DNA from: Cenococcum geophilum
Taxonomy: Eukaryota
Assembly (NCBI GenBank): GCA_050273025.1
Contig: CP158635.1
Coordinates: 21,824,001 to 21,888,000, forward strand
Reading direction: 5' to 3'
DNA length: 64,000 nt
In this document: positions 22,969-36,487 of the stretch, piece by piece
Position numbering within the stretch: the first letter of the stretch is position 1
Layout: each line of letters begins with the position of its first letter
Made by a program: the position numbers and the translations under genes
Notes under the pieces: generated by a model
Seen by the model: only the letters and a program-made list of their open reading frames with translations
Told to the model about the DNA's origin: nothing
Database searches by the model: none

Positions 22969-25221
22969 ATGCCTTCCGCCGTGCCTGCCACAAACAGCGC
23001 ACCCACAACCTCTACTGAGGGCGGTCTGTCTGCAAACGACAACATTCGCCGTTTCGCAGCTCCTAGCAGGCCGCTGAGCCCCCCGGCCGAGCACACTCTC
23101 TTCCATCCAAAGACGCGATGCTTCGTCTAGTGAGCTTCCCGCCTCGAATTGAGTGGAGATAATCGGAAAAAGAGACTAATTGGAATTTTAATACAGCGGT
23201 CTCCAGCCTCGTGCTGTGCAGGGCATGCTCGATTTCGACTTCATTTGCAAGCGCAAGACGCCTTCTGTAGCTGGTATTATTTATACGTTCGGAGGTCAAT
23301 TCGTTAGCAAAATGTGCGTTTAGCCTATTGGAGCTTGCCCTATGAGATATCTCGGATTGCGCGTTACTAATCTACTTTCTGCAGGTACTGGGGGACAAGC
23401 GAGACTCTGCTGCCAGTCTACCAATCCGTGGAGAAAGCCATGGCCAAGCACTCCGACGTCGATACCGTCGTCAACTTCGCCTCGTCCCGCAGTGTGTACA
23501 GCTCCACTATGGAATTGATGGAGTTCCCCCAGATCAGGTCAATTGCCATCATTGCCGAAGGCGTTCCCGAGCGAGTAAGTTTACCTAACACATTTTACAT
23601 GTTTTCTACATATGGAAATAAAGTTTAACATGGATTTCTAGCGTGCCCGTGAAATTCTCCATGTTGCCAAGAAGAAGGGCATCACCATCATTGGCCCGGC
23701 CACCGTTGGTGGAATTAAGCCTGGCGCATTCAAGATTGGTAACACTGGTGGTATGATGGACAACATCGTTGCTTCTAAGTTGTACCGCCCTGGTTCCGTC
23801 GCATACGTCTCCAAGTCTGGTGGTATGTCCAACGAGCTTAACAACATCATCGCAAACACAACCGATGGTGTGTTGGAGGGTGTCGCCATTGGTGGTGACA
23901 GGTACCCCGGAACGACCTTCATTGACCACGTTCTCCGCTACCAGGCCGACCCCGACTGCAAGATCATCGTCCTGCTCGGTGAGGTTGGTGGTGTTGAGGA
24001 ATACCGTGTCATTGAGGCTGTTAAATCGGGTCAAGTAAACAAGCCCGTCGTCGCGTGGGCCATCGGTACTGTTGCTAGCATGCTGAAGACCGAGGTCCAA
24101 TTCGGTCACGCTGGTTCTTTCGCAAACTCTCAACTTGAGACTGCTGCGATGAAGAACAAGATGATGAAGGAAGCCGGCATCTACATCCCGGAGACATTCG
24201 AGGACATGCCCGGCATGCTGGCTCAGGTCTACCAGAAATTGGTCAAAGATGGCACCATTAAGCCTAAGGCTGAGCCTGTTGTCCCCAAGATTCCCATTGA
24301 CTACTCTTGGGCACAAGAGCTTGGTCTAATCCGGAAGCCTGCTGCTTTCATCTCTACCATCTCTGATGACCGTGGCCAAGAACTCCTCTACGCTGGTATG
24401 CCTATTTCCGATGTGTTCAAGGACAACATTGGTATTGGTGGTGTCATGTCGTTGCTTTGGTTCCGTCGTCGTCTTCCCGACTACGCCAGTCGCTTCCTAG
24501 AGATGGTCCTCATGTTGACTGCCGATCACGGTCCAGCCGTGTCTGGTGCTATGAACACTATCATCACCACGAGAGCTGGTAAGGATCTCATCAGCGCGTT
24601 GGTCAGCGGTCTTTTGACCATTGGCTCGCGGTTCGGTGGCGCTCTCGATGGCGCCGCAGAGGAGTTCACTAAGGCCTATGATAAGGGCCTGAGTCCACGT
24701 GACTTTGTGGACACGATGAGAAAGGAGAACAAGCTCAGTAAGCGTCCTTGTAAGTGCTTTGATAAATCATGTCCTAACATGTCCTAGTTCCTGGTATCGG
24801 CCACAGGGTTAAGTCACGTAACAACCCCGATCTCCGTGTGGAGCTCGTGAAGGAGTTCGTCAAGAAGAACTTCCCTAGCTGCAAGATGCTAGACTATGCG
24901 CTTGCGGTCGAGACGGTGACAACGTCCAAGAAGGACAACCTGATCTTGAATGTGGACGGATGCGTGGCAGTCTGCTTCGTTGATTTGATGCGCAACTGCG
25001 GTGCCTTCAGCGCCGAGGAGGCCGAGGACTACCTGAAGATGGGTGTGCTCAACGGTCTGTTCGTGCTCGGCAGGAGTATCGGTCTGATTGCCCATTTCCT
25101 CGACCAGAAGAGGTTGAGGACTGGTCTGTACAGGCATCCATGGGACGACATCACCTACCTGCTACCAAACCTTGGTGGCGGTGCGCCTGGAAACGAGGGC
25201 AGAGTAGAGGTCAGTTTGTAA
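22969..25221 (+). CDS. acl1: ATP-citrate lyase, large (alpha-like, CoA-binding/citryl-CoA lyase) subunit; four GT-AG introns
   Basis: [64 protein letters not shown] (phospho-His), [22 protein letters not shown]. Confidence 0.97.
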
Positions 25222-26468
25222 AAGAACGGAACGGAACGGGAATGATTGAAAAGAGAGGGACGAGTTTAAGGATGAATATTTTTTCTCCGGATCTGGGAGG
25301 GAGTTGCTGCGGTTACTGCGGCTTGGGTGTTCATTAGAGTTTTAGCAGTGTAGCATACGACTCGGGACGTCTGGGTAGAGTTAATATCATCTGATGAATT
25401 CACCTTGGTTGCTTTATGAATTGCCCCGTATGAACGACTAGGACCTGACGATCAGTGGATACAGGGTTGTGATCAGGCCGGCGCCGTGCCACTGCTAGCA
25501 AAAGCTAGAGCAACGCTGCTAACTTGGAGGCGTCGGTGTTCTTTTTCTATCTAGGAACAGGCGCGATTGTGTTATAGCCGGAAGATCAGGCGTGCCAGGT
25601 CCCATCCTAGCATGTCAGACAGTGCGGTGCCGGTTCACTATCGTTCGCTCGTGTTGGTGTTTCTGTGCTAGCCTTACTCAGTGGGTTGGCAGGCGGGATC
25701 GGCGCCAAGCTGATAATCGGCTTCCGCTTCTTGCATTCGAGATAGTTCTTGGCACGCACTTTACCTAGGAATTGGATTTTTGATTTATTTGCATAGTGTG
25801 TATGTAACTAACACGTAAAAGATGACTCGAGGATGAATCGAAATTTTTACACATAGCTCTTCCTCGTTCCCAACTCCATCTCGATTTCCATTGTCAACAT
25901 CTCCAGCTTCCAACCTCTTTCCATGTTAGGTATTGCCATGATACCTCGCCGAACTTCCGCCGGGAAACTGATCGCGTCATCGATGAACGGGCAACCCGGC
26001 TAGGCATAAGTATTCCTTCCTTTCTCTTTCTTCCTAGTTGTTGAACGCCCAATTGGCTCAAAAAGACCGGTCCTTCTGACGAAGCCAGATAGGACATATT
26101 TTATAGGTTGACACTAGTTCTAGTTTTCTCAGTCTAAGGGCTTAAATACATTGCCTATCCATTGTGAACAGACTTTATGCATAGTCGTGGCAAGTGGTGA
26201 CCAACTCTATATATATTATAAGCCCAAAATATATTAGTTATACTTATTTACTTTACCTAATATATATATCTATAAGCTGTATATAAGGTATATAGGGTAT
26301 AGAGGTAGAGTATATTAAAGATAAATTGTTATATTCGTTGATTTTAAAGCTACTAAGTTATATTACTAATCTCCAATAATTTCTAAGCCAATTTACCTCC
26401 CGCGAAGTATATAAAAGGAAGCTTACCCTAAAGAGGTGGTGAGTAGGGAGGTAGTTTGGCTCTTTAGC

Positions 26469-29235
26469 TTATAATGCTACCTCAAGTATCCCTCTTCGGT
26501 CAAGTAGCGCCATTACTTTATATCTACAAGTTAAATTCCCTGCTGCTGCCTTAAGCACCTCTTCTGTGATCTGGATATCGTCCACTCTTCGGTTAAGTAG
26601 CAGTGCTATTACATCATCTTCATACCAATTCCCTGCTGCCACCTTGAGCACCTCTTCCGTGATCTGGATATTGTCCCCTCCTCGGTCGAGTAATAGTGCC
26701 ATTATTCTTTCTCCATACCCCAGACTTCCTGCTGCTGCCTTAAGCACCTCTTCTGTGATCTGGATATTATCCCCTCCTCGGTTAAGTAGCAGTGTTATTA
26801 CTTTATCTCCATACCAATTCCCTGCTGCTGCCTTAAGCACTTCTTCTGTAATCTGAATGTCGTCCCCTCCTCGGTTAAGTAGCAGAGCTATCAATTTATG
26901 TCCATACCACGGATTTCCTGCTGCTTCCTTAAGCACCTCTTCTGTGATCTGGATATTGTCCCCTCCTCGGTCGAGTAGCAGTGCTATTACTTTAAGTCCA
27001 TACGTCGGATTTCCTGCCGCTGCCTTAAGCACCTCTTCCGTGATCTGGATATCGTCCCCTCCTCGGTCGAGTAGTAGTGCCATTATTTTAAGTCCATACC
27101 CCTGATTTCCTGCTGCTGCCTTAAGCACCTCTTCTGTGATCTGGATATCGTCCCCTCCTCGGTCGAGTAGCAGTGTCATTACTTCATCTCCATAGTCCCA
27201 ATTCCCTGCTGCTGCCTTAAGCACCTTTTCTGTAATCTGGATATTGTCCCCTCCTCGGTCAAGTAGTAGTGTCATTACTTCATCTCCATACTCTAGATTT
27301 CCTGCTGCTGCCTTAAGCATCTCTTCTGTAATCTGGGCATTGTCTCTTTTTAGAACGAGTAAAAGTGTTACTATTTCTTTACCGAATGACTTTGTAATAA
27401 GGACCATCTCTTCTTCTAGGATCTGGACATTGTGTTTTACTCGACTTAATAGATTTTCCATCATCTCTAGTGCCTTTGCGCTTAACCTGCCTTTATCCAC
27501 GTAAATTGACGCTAGGTTGGCTATGCTGCTCAGCGTATCTGGATGATCCACCCCTTGCACCCGTTTTCTTGTCTGTATTACCTGCAAAAATAAGTCTTCT
27601 GCCTTTTCTAATAGGTTTTTTTTCTTGTATATAAACGCCGGGTTCTCCATACATGCTAGCTTGTATGGGTGCTCCTCCGTAGACGGTCCCTCATAGGCCT
27701 CTATTATTTCTTGAAACCTCTTTCCTGTCTCTTCATACTCTCCCGCGTCTTGTAAGATTAGTGCTACATTATACAAGCTGGTTATTTTATTCGAAGCTGT
27801 CATCGAATACTCCGATACCAGAGTATTGATCTCTGCCAAAGCTTCGTTGGACTCGTCCCAGTTCCAGGCCAGTAGAAAGTCACGCGAGAAGCTTTCCATT
27901 GAAGGCAAGGATCCCTGGCGCTCAACATATCTACTCTTTGTTTGTACGCCCTGCCGAGGAGTAACTGCGATCACGATAACAGTAAAATGGTCCTTGCGTG
28001 TTCTAATGATGGTTGGCTTTGAAGCCCCTTGTAGAAGGCAGACGGGGTCACCATTCCGGATGGGCTTTGCCGAGGCCTGGAGAGTCCATCGATTGCCCCA
28101 TTTCCTCCTATACTCTGACGACCTAGACGTATTCTTAAATTTGATAGTCACGTGCTGTCTATCATACCGAGCACTGTCACTTTCTACCGAGGACACCTGG
28201 CCGAGAATAAAGCCCTTGGTTTTGATCACTGCTATCTCTCTTTCATTCCAAGTCTCTACAGAGATTTCTTTGTAAAGAAGGAATCCAACAAGTCGCAGCA
28301 AAAGTTCTTTCCAAGAGACCTGGTAATTAGGCGATAAACCAGCTGCGCTGGGACCTTCAGAGCTCATGCCGAGCAAGGCATAGATCTTGTCGTGGCGCCT
28401 AGTAGCCTCGCGGTTATGGTACATATCTATCAGCTCGCCTAAAGAGACTCTGCTTGGCAAACTCACTGCATGTCTAGGTCGGAATATTGCTCCCCTTATC
28501 AGATAGACTGCTGAACGGATCAGACCCTGTAAGCCTGGAAAACAGGAAAGCCCCAATTTGTTGAGACCTGAGCAAAAGGCGTATCCGTTCATCTCTGCAG
28601 AACCACACATGATCAGAACGCTTCGCGCTGCAGCGACTTCCTGAAGCACCTAGATCGACTTTTAGTACTTTGCGGATATTGTCGAGTATTTGCTCCCTTA
28701 CCTAGATGCGCCGAAACCACAGTCGTTCAAGCAGTTTGAGAATTGCTTTCTGGCTCGTTTCTTCTATCAACGAATTCGTAAACTCATCTTCTGCAGCAAT
28801 ACGTATGTCTTCGAACGCTTGATCGCTATTGTCTGCCGCCTCTCCAAGCCAAATGATTACATGGTTTGCTTGACCATAGATCTTCGCCATATACTGAATT
28901 TGGTGCACTTTCTCTTGCTCATTTGCTTGGTCGATGCAAACAGCATCTACCCATATAATTCGTTCGATAGAGTGATTTCGAAGATGTAGCAGCGCCGTGT
29001 GAAGGTTTTCCGTGATGTTGAAGCAATACTCGCCTACAAAAATAGGCACGGTCTTGTTTGGATCGCCCCATACGTAGGATAAAGCTTCGTACAGGTGAGT
29101 CTGTTTGCCTGATTCAAGGGTGTAGTCGAAGAGTTGGCATTTGATAACGGCAGTCTCGTCTTTATTTGGCATTAGGCGAAGCAAGCGAGTGCTGTCATGT
29201 CCCGGCAGAAGCGAAGAATAGCTGTACGGATCCAT
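26469..29235 (-). pseudogene. HET-domain protein with one TPR-like motif and nine 31-32-aa helical repeats, interrupted by a single TGG->TAG stop at 28704-28702; intron 28701-28650
   Basis: HET motifs YEALSYVWG, IWVDAVCIDQAN, HQIQYMAKIYGQANHVIIWLG, WFRRI*/VLQEV, DKIYALLG. TPR-like LGxDHPDTLSSIANLASIY. Repeats IQITEEVLKAAAGN. Confidence 0.85.
26490..27345 (-). repeat. Coding tandem repeat, nine copies of a 93-96-bp unit
   Basis: Near-identical units CCTGCTGCTGCCTTAAGCACCTCTTCTGTGATCTGGATAT(C/T)GTCCCCTCCTCGGT on the + strand. Confidence 0.9.
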
Positions 29236-29770
29236 AGTCTCTTCAAGCGTAAGTCCGACCAGACCCGATGTGAAATAGTTGAGTGCGGAACAACTAGGGG
29301 TGTGCAGTTCTTTGTGCGGATCGATAGAGGGTCGTGAGACAAGGTAAAACAGCGGCACCACAAAGTCCAGCAGGGAAAGTTACGGCTGCCGCGATGCTGG
29401 CTGCGGCCGAGCCCATCATGGTGGGGCGACATGTTGCCTGTCAGTTTTCACATAACTAAAGCTAGACCTTCTCTACGTGAATCAGTACAAGCCCGCTGAG
29501 GCAGAGGAGATATTAAAGCGCGCACTGCAAGGATACGAAGAGACAATTGGTCTGAAGAATACATCGACATTGCGCAGGTCTAAGCTGGTTAATTGTTACA
29601 CCTCGCGGGAGAGATAGGCTGAATTGGATGGGACTGTAATTCTTTAAATCCTTTATTTTTTTGGGGACCTGGCTAAAGTGCGTGCCAAGAGCTTCAGGAA
29701 AACCGTGCGCTAAGAATTTCCCGAAAGCCAAAAAACCAGAAGCTGCTAACCTTCTTATCGCAACTAAAGC

Positions 29771-32700
29771 CGGGGTCGCAGCTCGGCAAGGTTATGGAAA
29801 AGCTCGGCGAGGTCACAAAGTTCAACGGGGTCAGAACTTTAAGTTTGACTTTGTGACCTTGCTTAACTTCTGACCCTGCTCAGCTTCCGACCCCGCCGAG
29901 TTTGTGCATATGTAGCGCATATACCCAAAAAAATTAATATATAGAATTTAAAGTATTTAAAGTATTTAATAAATAACGAATATAATAAAACACTTCATAT
30001 GCATATGTAGGGTATATACATCCCCTAGCTGTAGTATAAAATACGCAAGCTAAGTTATTAAAACATGGCCCGTGCATACGCGTCGCATATCCATAATAAT
30101 AGCGGTTACACCATAACTTCTCCATAACACCACACGCCACGGGTATATTCTATATAACCTACACATAAGCGTTACATATGCTGACATAGTGCTAGTTAAA
30201 TTTAACTACTAAACTTTATTCTCGTATATGCCCTGCTTACGCTCACCATAAGCCTCTTAATTATTAATTTTAATAATCCGCAGGTGGCCGGCGCCAATAA
30301 CCCTAGTACCTTTGGCTACTACTATAGTAAGTATATGCTTTATATATGCCTATAAGAAGCATATACTAATAGAAGTATACAGGCCCGATCCCTAACCCTA
30401 ACCCTAATTAGGTAACACTAGGTTAGTTATAGAGAATATATATATAAGGTATATGCTCACAATAGACAAAGCACGCGCCGCAGCATTAGTAGCTGGTGGA
30501 AGGCGTAAGTAAACTAAGCGCCGTATATCTATAGCATATGCTAACCTTATACAGCCCTAGCTGTGACGGTATAGAACAACGTAAATAGGTGCCAGAAGAG
30601 CTTAACGTAAAGAGTGTGTATATACTAAGCGTAAACTAGACCTACCTAATCCCGCATCCGTGTTGTCTGCTATTAACTCCATAGTATAGGTTATATATCT
30701 ATACCTTCTATATAGCATATGCTAACAAAAAACATAGCTGCGATATTGTAGTAAATAGCACGCAGATATGCGGCCAGGTTTTTACCGCCTAGCTAAGCGT
30801 ATATTCCGCATACGCATAGCATCTGCTTTATCTACTAATATAGTTGTAGTACTACCGCCATATCCGTAACGAGCACAGCGGTGCCTATATGTATTACCGT
30901 ATAATAGCAGCTAAGGTATACGCTTACCATATATAGTGATAAACCCTCCTACTACTAATATGTTGGCCGTAGAGCTGATTGCGGGAGAGAAGTATATGCC
31001 TAGTATATGCTATGTATATACAACGCTAATACAATATAGCGCCCTAAAGTATTTTGTTTTGTCTGGCGGCTAGCGGGATACTAGGTACCTATATAAGCCT
31101 AGGTAGGTTATATATATACAATATATATATAGTACTAATACTAAATATAGCTGTGGCCCTTTAGGGTTAAGGATTGCGGAGTATATAGACGCCTATACTT
31201 TAATCGCGTATACTTACTCTATACCCAGTATATACCTAGCCCAAACTAACTAGATATAGTACCTAAGACTAGGGGTTTACTGCCTAATTTGGCAGGCAAT
31301 TCTATCGCAAGGTAAGAGCACTAGTATCGCTTCTATATATACGCACCATACCCTAATATGTCTATCTATCTATATATCTATATACTTATTCCCCCTAAGT
31401 TTAATTTTAGACCTAATAGTACTTGTAGGCCTAAGGGTAGCGTATACGAGGGATAACTATAGCTACTACTAGGACTACTGCCCGATTCAGAAACGAATAC
31501 TTATCTCTATATTTAGGACACTGGCAAAGTCTGACTTTATATAGGCCCTGCATATGCGTCACTAACACCACCACTTAGTTATATTGCTAGCTTATACGCG
31601 CATATACTACGTATATACAAACCCCTAATGTCTTCTACTAACTATAGATTAATATATGCTTATACTAGGCGTATGCTAATATAAGAGAAACAGTATATCG
31701 GCCCGTCTACTCCTTTAACCGGCTTAAAGCGCAAGGTTAGTATTTTACCTGCATATATTCGGCATATGCTAACTATATACATAGCGTGGCCCGACTCCCC
31801 CGGGCGACCGTAAGGAGTCTCTCTTACCGTCTACCCGCCGCTAAAGGGGCAAGTTTTCCTTACATATACTCTATATATGCACTACTAATATTTAGCAGCA
31901 GGGGGTAGAAAACCAGCCGGCCGTTGTTGTAGTAGTAGTAAGAGCTCTAGTAAGTCTAGTTCCTTCTATTGCGTATATTATGCTTATGCTTTATATAAGC
32001 CACGGGCGGAACCTACTAGTTATCCCGCCTCTCCCGCACTATATAAAAAGCTAGTATTAATCTTTAAGTTCTAGCATACGCTAGGCCTATATACTATATA
32101 CGTAGTGCGCAGTATATATAGTCGGAGTTTTAGTAGAGTTTATTCGGCGGATAGGCTAGGCATATACCTAATATAGGGCACCGGCCGATAGGCCTATATT
32201 AATTAATTCTTTATTTATGGTAACAGAACTCTACGTAATATTTATTATGTATATACCTTGCATATACACCTATATGCTAACACTATATTCCTACGCCCAC
32301 TTTTTAAGCTCTGCTAGTTCCTTTGCTTTATTATATACGTCTTTAGCCTATTTTAATTCATTAATTTGTTGCTCCATATTTTCTATATATAGCGTATATG
32401 CCTCCTTTTCTAGCTCCTTTATAGATAGGTAAGACCTATGCCTCTTACCTGCAGTCTGGGGGGTTTAACTTTAAGATAGTGGTGGCATATATGCTGTATA
32501 TGCGGTAAATATACGCGACGTATCCGATACTAATGCAATATTATTATCTACTGTACTTATCTGCGATATATTCTGTCTACTAAATATAGTAGGTTTAGGG
32601 GTGTTAAATGGGTTCCGAGGATTTTAGGGAAGATTTAGCCTAGGATTTCTAGCTTGCCGCTTAGCTGCTTTCCGCTATTTCTACGCTGCCTAAGCTTAGT

Positions 32701-35700
32701 ATATACTTTATATTTACATTATATATATATATATTGTTTCCGTAGCTATACCACTATCCACTTTAAGTTGTAATAATTTTTCTATATATTATCTATTCCT
32801 GCCTCTTTATATAGCTCTTATATATCGAACATTTCTTATATACGGAGTTTAAGCCTTTACTAAAATATTAGAATATACGGTGCATATACAGAGTATATGC
32901 ATTTACTGTAGCACTACGGCAAGCACGCATAACTTTCAACCGGTAAAGTTATTATCTTAAAAGTAACTACTTTTACCAATTCTAGTATGCTTCTGTGCAT
33001 ATGCCCACCACTTATAAGGGACCTTTAACTTTTCCTTTGCAAGCCCGGCTAGTATCTATATTTTCTTCTTATTGTTTATCTAAGACGTAAGCTCCGGATA
33101 CAGTGTACATATACTTTGCATACGCGCGATTAGTTTCTACTCTGTCTCCGCTTCCTATATCTGCTCTATAATATATCTTGCTTTATAAGTTAGAAAGCGC
33201 TTAGCAAAGTTCTATTTAATATATACTAGGCAGAATATAAGTATATACTAAAGGTGTTTATCCTATTTATGGGATGGGTTAAATATATATAGGTAGTCCC
33301 TAAAGCCTATATGTTATAAGCATATATTAGGCGTATGCAAAGCGTATACCAAACGTATACTTACCGCTAGCTTGTTTCTTATATATATTAACGATAGCTA
33401 TACAAAATCCGGTTCCGTAAATATATGTAAATTATATAGATGATTAAGCAGCATTACCTAAAACCTTAAATACTAGCTTAAACGTCTTTATATACGCAGC
33501 ACGTATTTCTAGGTTAAGAAAGGCGTATACCTATACCTTGATTCCTATTATCGGTATTAGCGTATATATGGCATATATATAGCATAGGGCATATATATAT
33601 TTAGAATTCTTATCCCATCCTACAATTAAGAATAGATTTGTTTTACCTTAAACCATCTTAAATAATAGGTCCATTTCCATATATGTTACGTGTTGGAATG
33701 CCTTGGCTTGTGCGTACATATAGTATATAATAAGGAAATGCTCATTATCAAAGTTATAAATTACCCGAATCTATTACTCGGTGTTCTCTTTATATTAATT
33801 AATAGAGAACTCGCGTAGTATACCTGCTCTACTTAGTCTTTATATATGCTTAGCATATATCTAACCTATACTTACCTATATATGCCGTCCCCTCTGGGAA
33901 TTGTACCATCCTCTCCTTTCTAATTAGAGCAGTAATTCGATTCTTAATATTAAGACTACTATACACTGCACGTAGTGTCTGCGCCCTATACTTCCTATAT
34001 AAAATATAGTACTACGGTAATAGGATAAATCGACCTATATAATAGTAAGTAGTTTTATTTATATATACTATGCATATATAGGGCATACGTATAGTAAGGC
34101 TTAGGACTTCCACCTGCCTTATTGCCTTAACTACGTTATTAGCAAGGTTAATTAGTAGCTTTATTAGGTACAGTGGATAATATATATAAGAATTCCGTGT
34201 AATAAGGCAAATATAAGGATATTGTGCTATATTAACAGGAATATAACAATCTAACTATGCACCGTATGCGCGGCCTACTACCCTGCCTTAGCCTTACGGG
34301 TGGTTAAATCCTGTGTATGCTTAGCATATGCATAGTATATGCAAAATATATACATTACGTACCGCAATATTTTCGCTTTAATGTTGCATATCTAATATAG
34401 GTACATTCTCGTTTAATTTCCTAAACTCCATATTTAATAAGTAGATGAAGGTATTAAATATCTACCTGGGCAGTTGTCGGTAATAAAGGCTAGGCAGTAT
34501 ACTATACTTTAGTATTACTACTGCTGGAACAACCGATAAACTCTACCTGTATATAATAAGCATATATTATGCATATACTGGCCATATGCGTACTCTATGC
34601 CGAAAAAATATCATTAGTCTGCTTTTACTACATACACGTTCTTATATACTAGGGTAGATATACTACCACCATAATTATAGAATACTGTGGTAGTAGCTGT
34701 ATATTATAAGCATATGCCTAATATATATAGACGACGCTTACTTCTCTGTGCTTTGCTTAAGCTTTTTATTAATCTCTACTGCCTAGTATAGATGACTACT
34801 ACGCTTTTAGAGGTCGTTAATTAATTTAAGCTTAACCTAATTATATGCCGAGTATATGCGGAGTATATCCTTATAGGCGTACTCGTAGTGTCTAATGCCG
34901 CTATATTTAAATGCTTAGTGGAATGCTTTTCTATTCTCCTAATTATTGGTTTCTCTAAGGAGTTTTAGTCGTATAATCTTAGCGTTACCAGTTTAATGGA
35001 ATAAGAATTAAATCTACTAGAGGTATAAATATAGCATATGCCTAGTATGTATATAGCTTACCTTTGATATATACTCCTTAATAACATCGCGTACTATCTC
35101 TTTATCTATATCTATAAATAGTAAAGGTGTTGCTTTATAAATAAAGTATGCAATTCCTTTTTTTCTAATTGCTAGATATTCTAGCATTATAATATAGTTT
35201 ATTACCTCTTAGATAATAACTTAATGCTTGCCGTTGGAGCTAATAAGTGCTCTATAGTCTTAGAGTATACTTTGGCTATTCTAAGCATATATATAGCCTA
35301 TGTATGGTATTATATATAGTTTTACCTTAGAGAGACCCATATAAAATAAAAGCCGCTATTATATACTATCTTAACCCTCGCCCTCCTTAGCTTCTTTATC
35401 TTTAATTTTCTCTCTATTAATTATATCATCTTAAGAACTATCGTCTTCGTGTTCGATGTTAGGTACGCTCTAGAGTACCTGTATATACTTAGCATATGCG
35501 TGGCATATAGTAGTGCAAACTTACTAGTAAGCCGTTTAGCCACGCTGCTATACTCTTATTTGCTTCAGTATTGTTTTCAGTTGTTATTAATATAGCGAGG
35601 CATATATAAATGCGCGTCTATATACGTGTATGTGTATGTGTATATTTATATATCCGTGTGTCTACGTGTCTGCGTGTCTGTGTACGTATGCGTAGCATAT

Positions 35701-35886
35701 GCCCTAGGTATTTAGTTTGTGCGGTCGCTTAAGTTAAATGTGGCTACCGATGCGCGTTCTATATGGGTAAAAGTGTGACCCCGCCGACCTTTTGCCGGTG
35801 GTTCCATCGGTGACCCCGTTCAACTTTCGCCGACCCCATCGGTGACCTTGTTCAACTTTTCCGTGACCTTGGTCAGCTGCACCCCG
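29771..35886 (-). mobile_element. 6.1-kb RIP-inactivated TIR DNA transposon, Mutator(MULE)-like transposase remnant, 8-bp TSD
   Basis: TIRs CGGGGTCGCAGCTCGGCAAGGTTATGGAAAAG vs (rc) CGGGGTGCAGCTGACCAAGGTCACGGAAAAG. TSD ACTAAAGC at 29763-29770 and 35887-35894. Minus-strand relics, read with RIP reversed: EMDLSFKMVQGKTNLFSIVGWD, VDMCKKQAS-GFGDYL, FCLVHxKxNF (CxxH), HTGIGESSH. Confidence 0.8.
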
Positions 35887-36487
35887 ACTAAAGCCCGTCA
35901 AAGCCACAGTCCAGTTCTTCGCCCCACTACCGCCCCCAACTGCCTCACTGCCAACGACACCCAACTTCGGCAACCCATGATGCAACTAACATGTGCAGAG
36001 GCGTGCAAGCCGAGGAATGCGAGCTCTTTGCCCCAGCTCTTTATTCCACCGCCTGTGTCTCATAGACATGGGACAGACGTTTGCACTATAGTACTTGTCG
36101 GCTTCCCCAAACGCCGGGCAACGCCCGGGGGGGGGGGTTGTTATGCTGCTAAAGAAGCTGGCCAACCGCCATCATTATGCAGCTACCCCGCGCATGAGCT
36201 GCAAGCTCCAAGACGAAGCTATCAAGAGCTATCACGCCCCAGCTGCTGGGTGAAGCTGCCAAGCTGCTTATTTATGATAAGCCCGCCCTGCCTTGCCCTG
36301 CCTTGATTTGCGTCTCTCTTGCTTAAGAGGTCCTCTTAAGGCCTGAGGTGACTGCTGCGGGATTAAGTACACCCTCTCACCTCTCCATATTTTTCCCGTC
36401 TGTCCAATCTCTCTTTCTTTCTGTCTTGCTCCCCTCGGTCGGCTTCCTTTGCTATAGCTTCATTTGGCTGGTTCCACCCCGCTCACA

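Noticed and set aside
19959..24316. Long antisense ORFs over acl2 and acl1 (270 aa, 236 aa)
   Set aside because: These are shadows of strong codon bias in highly expressed genes.
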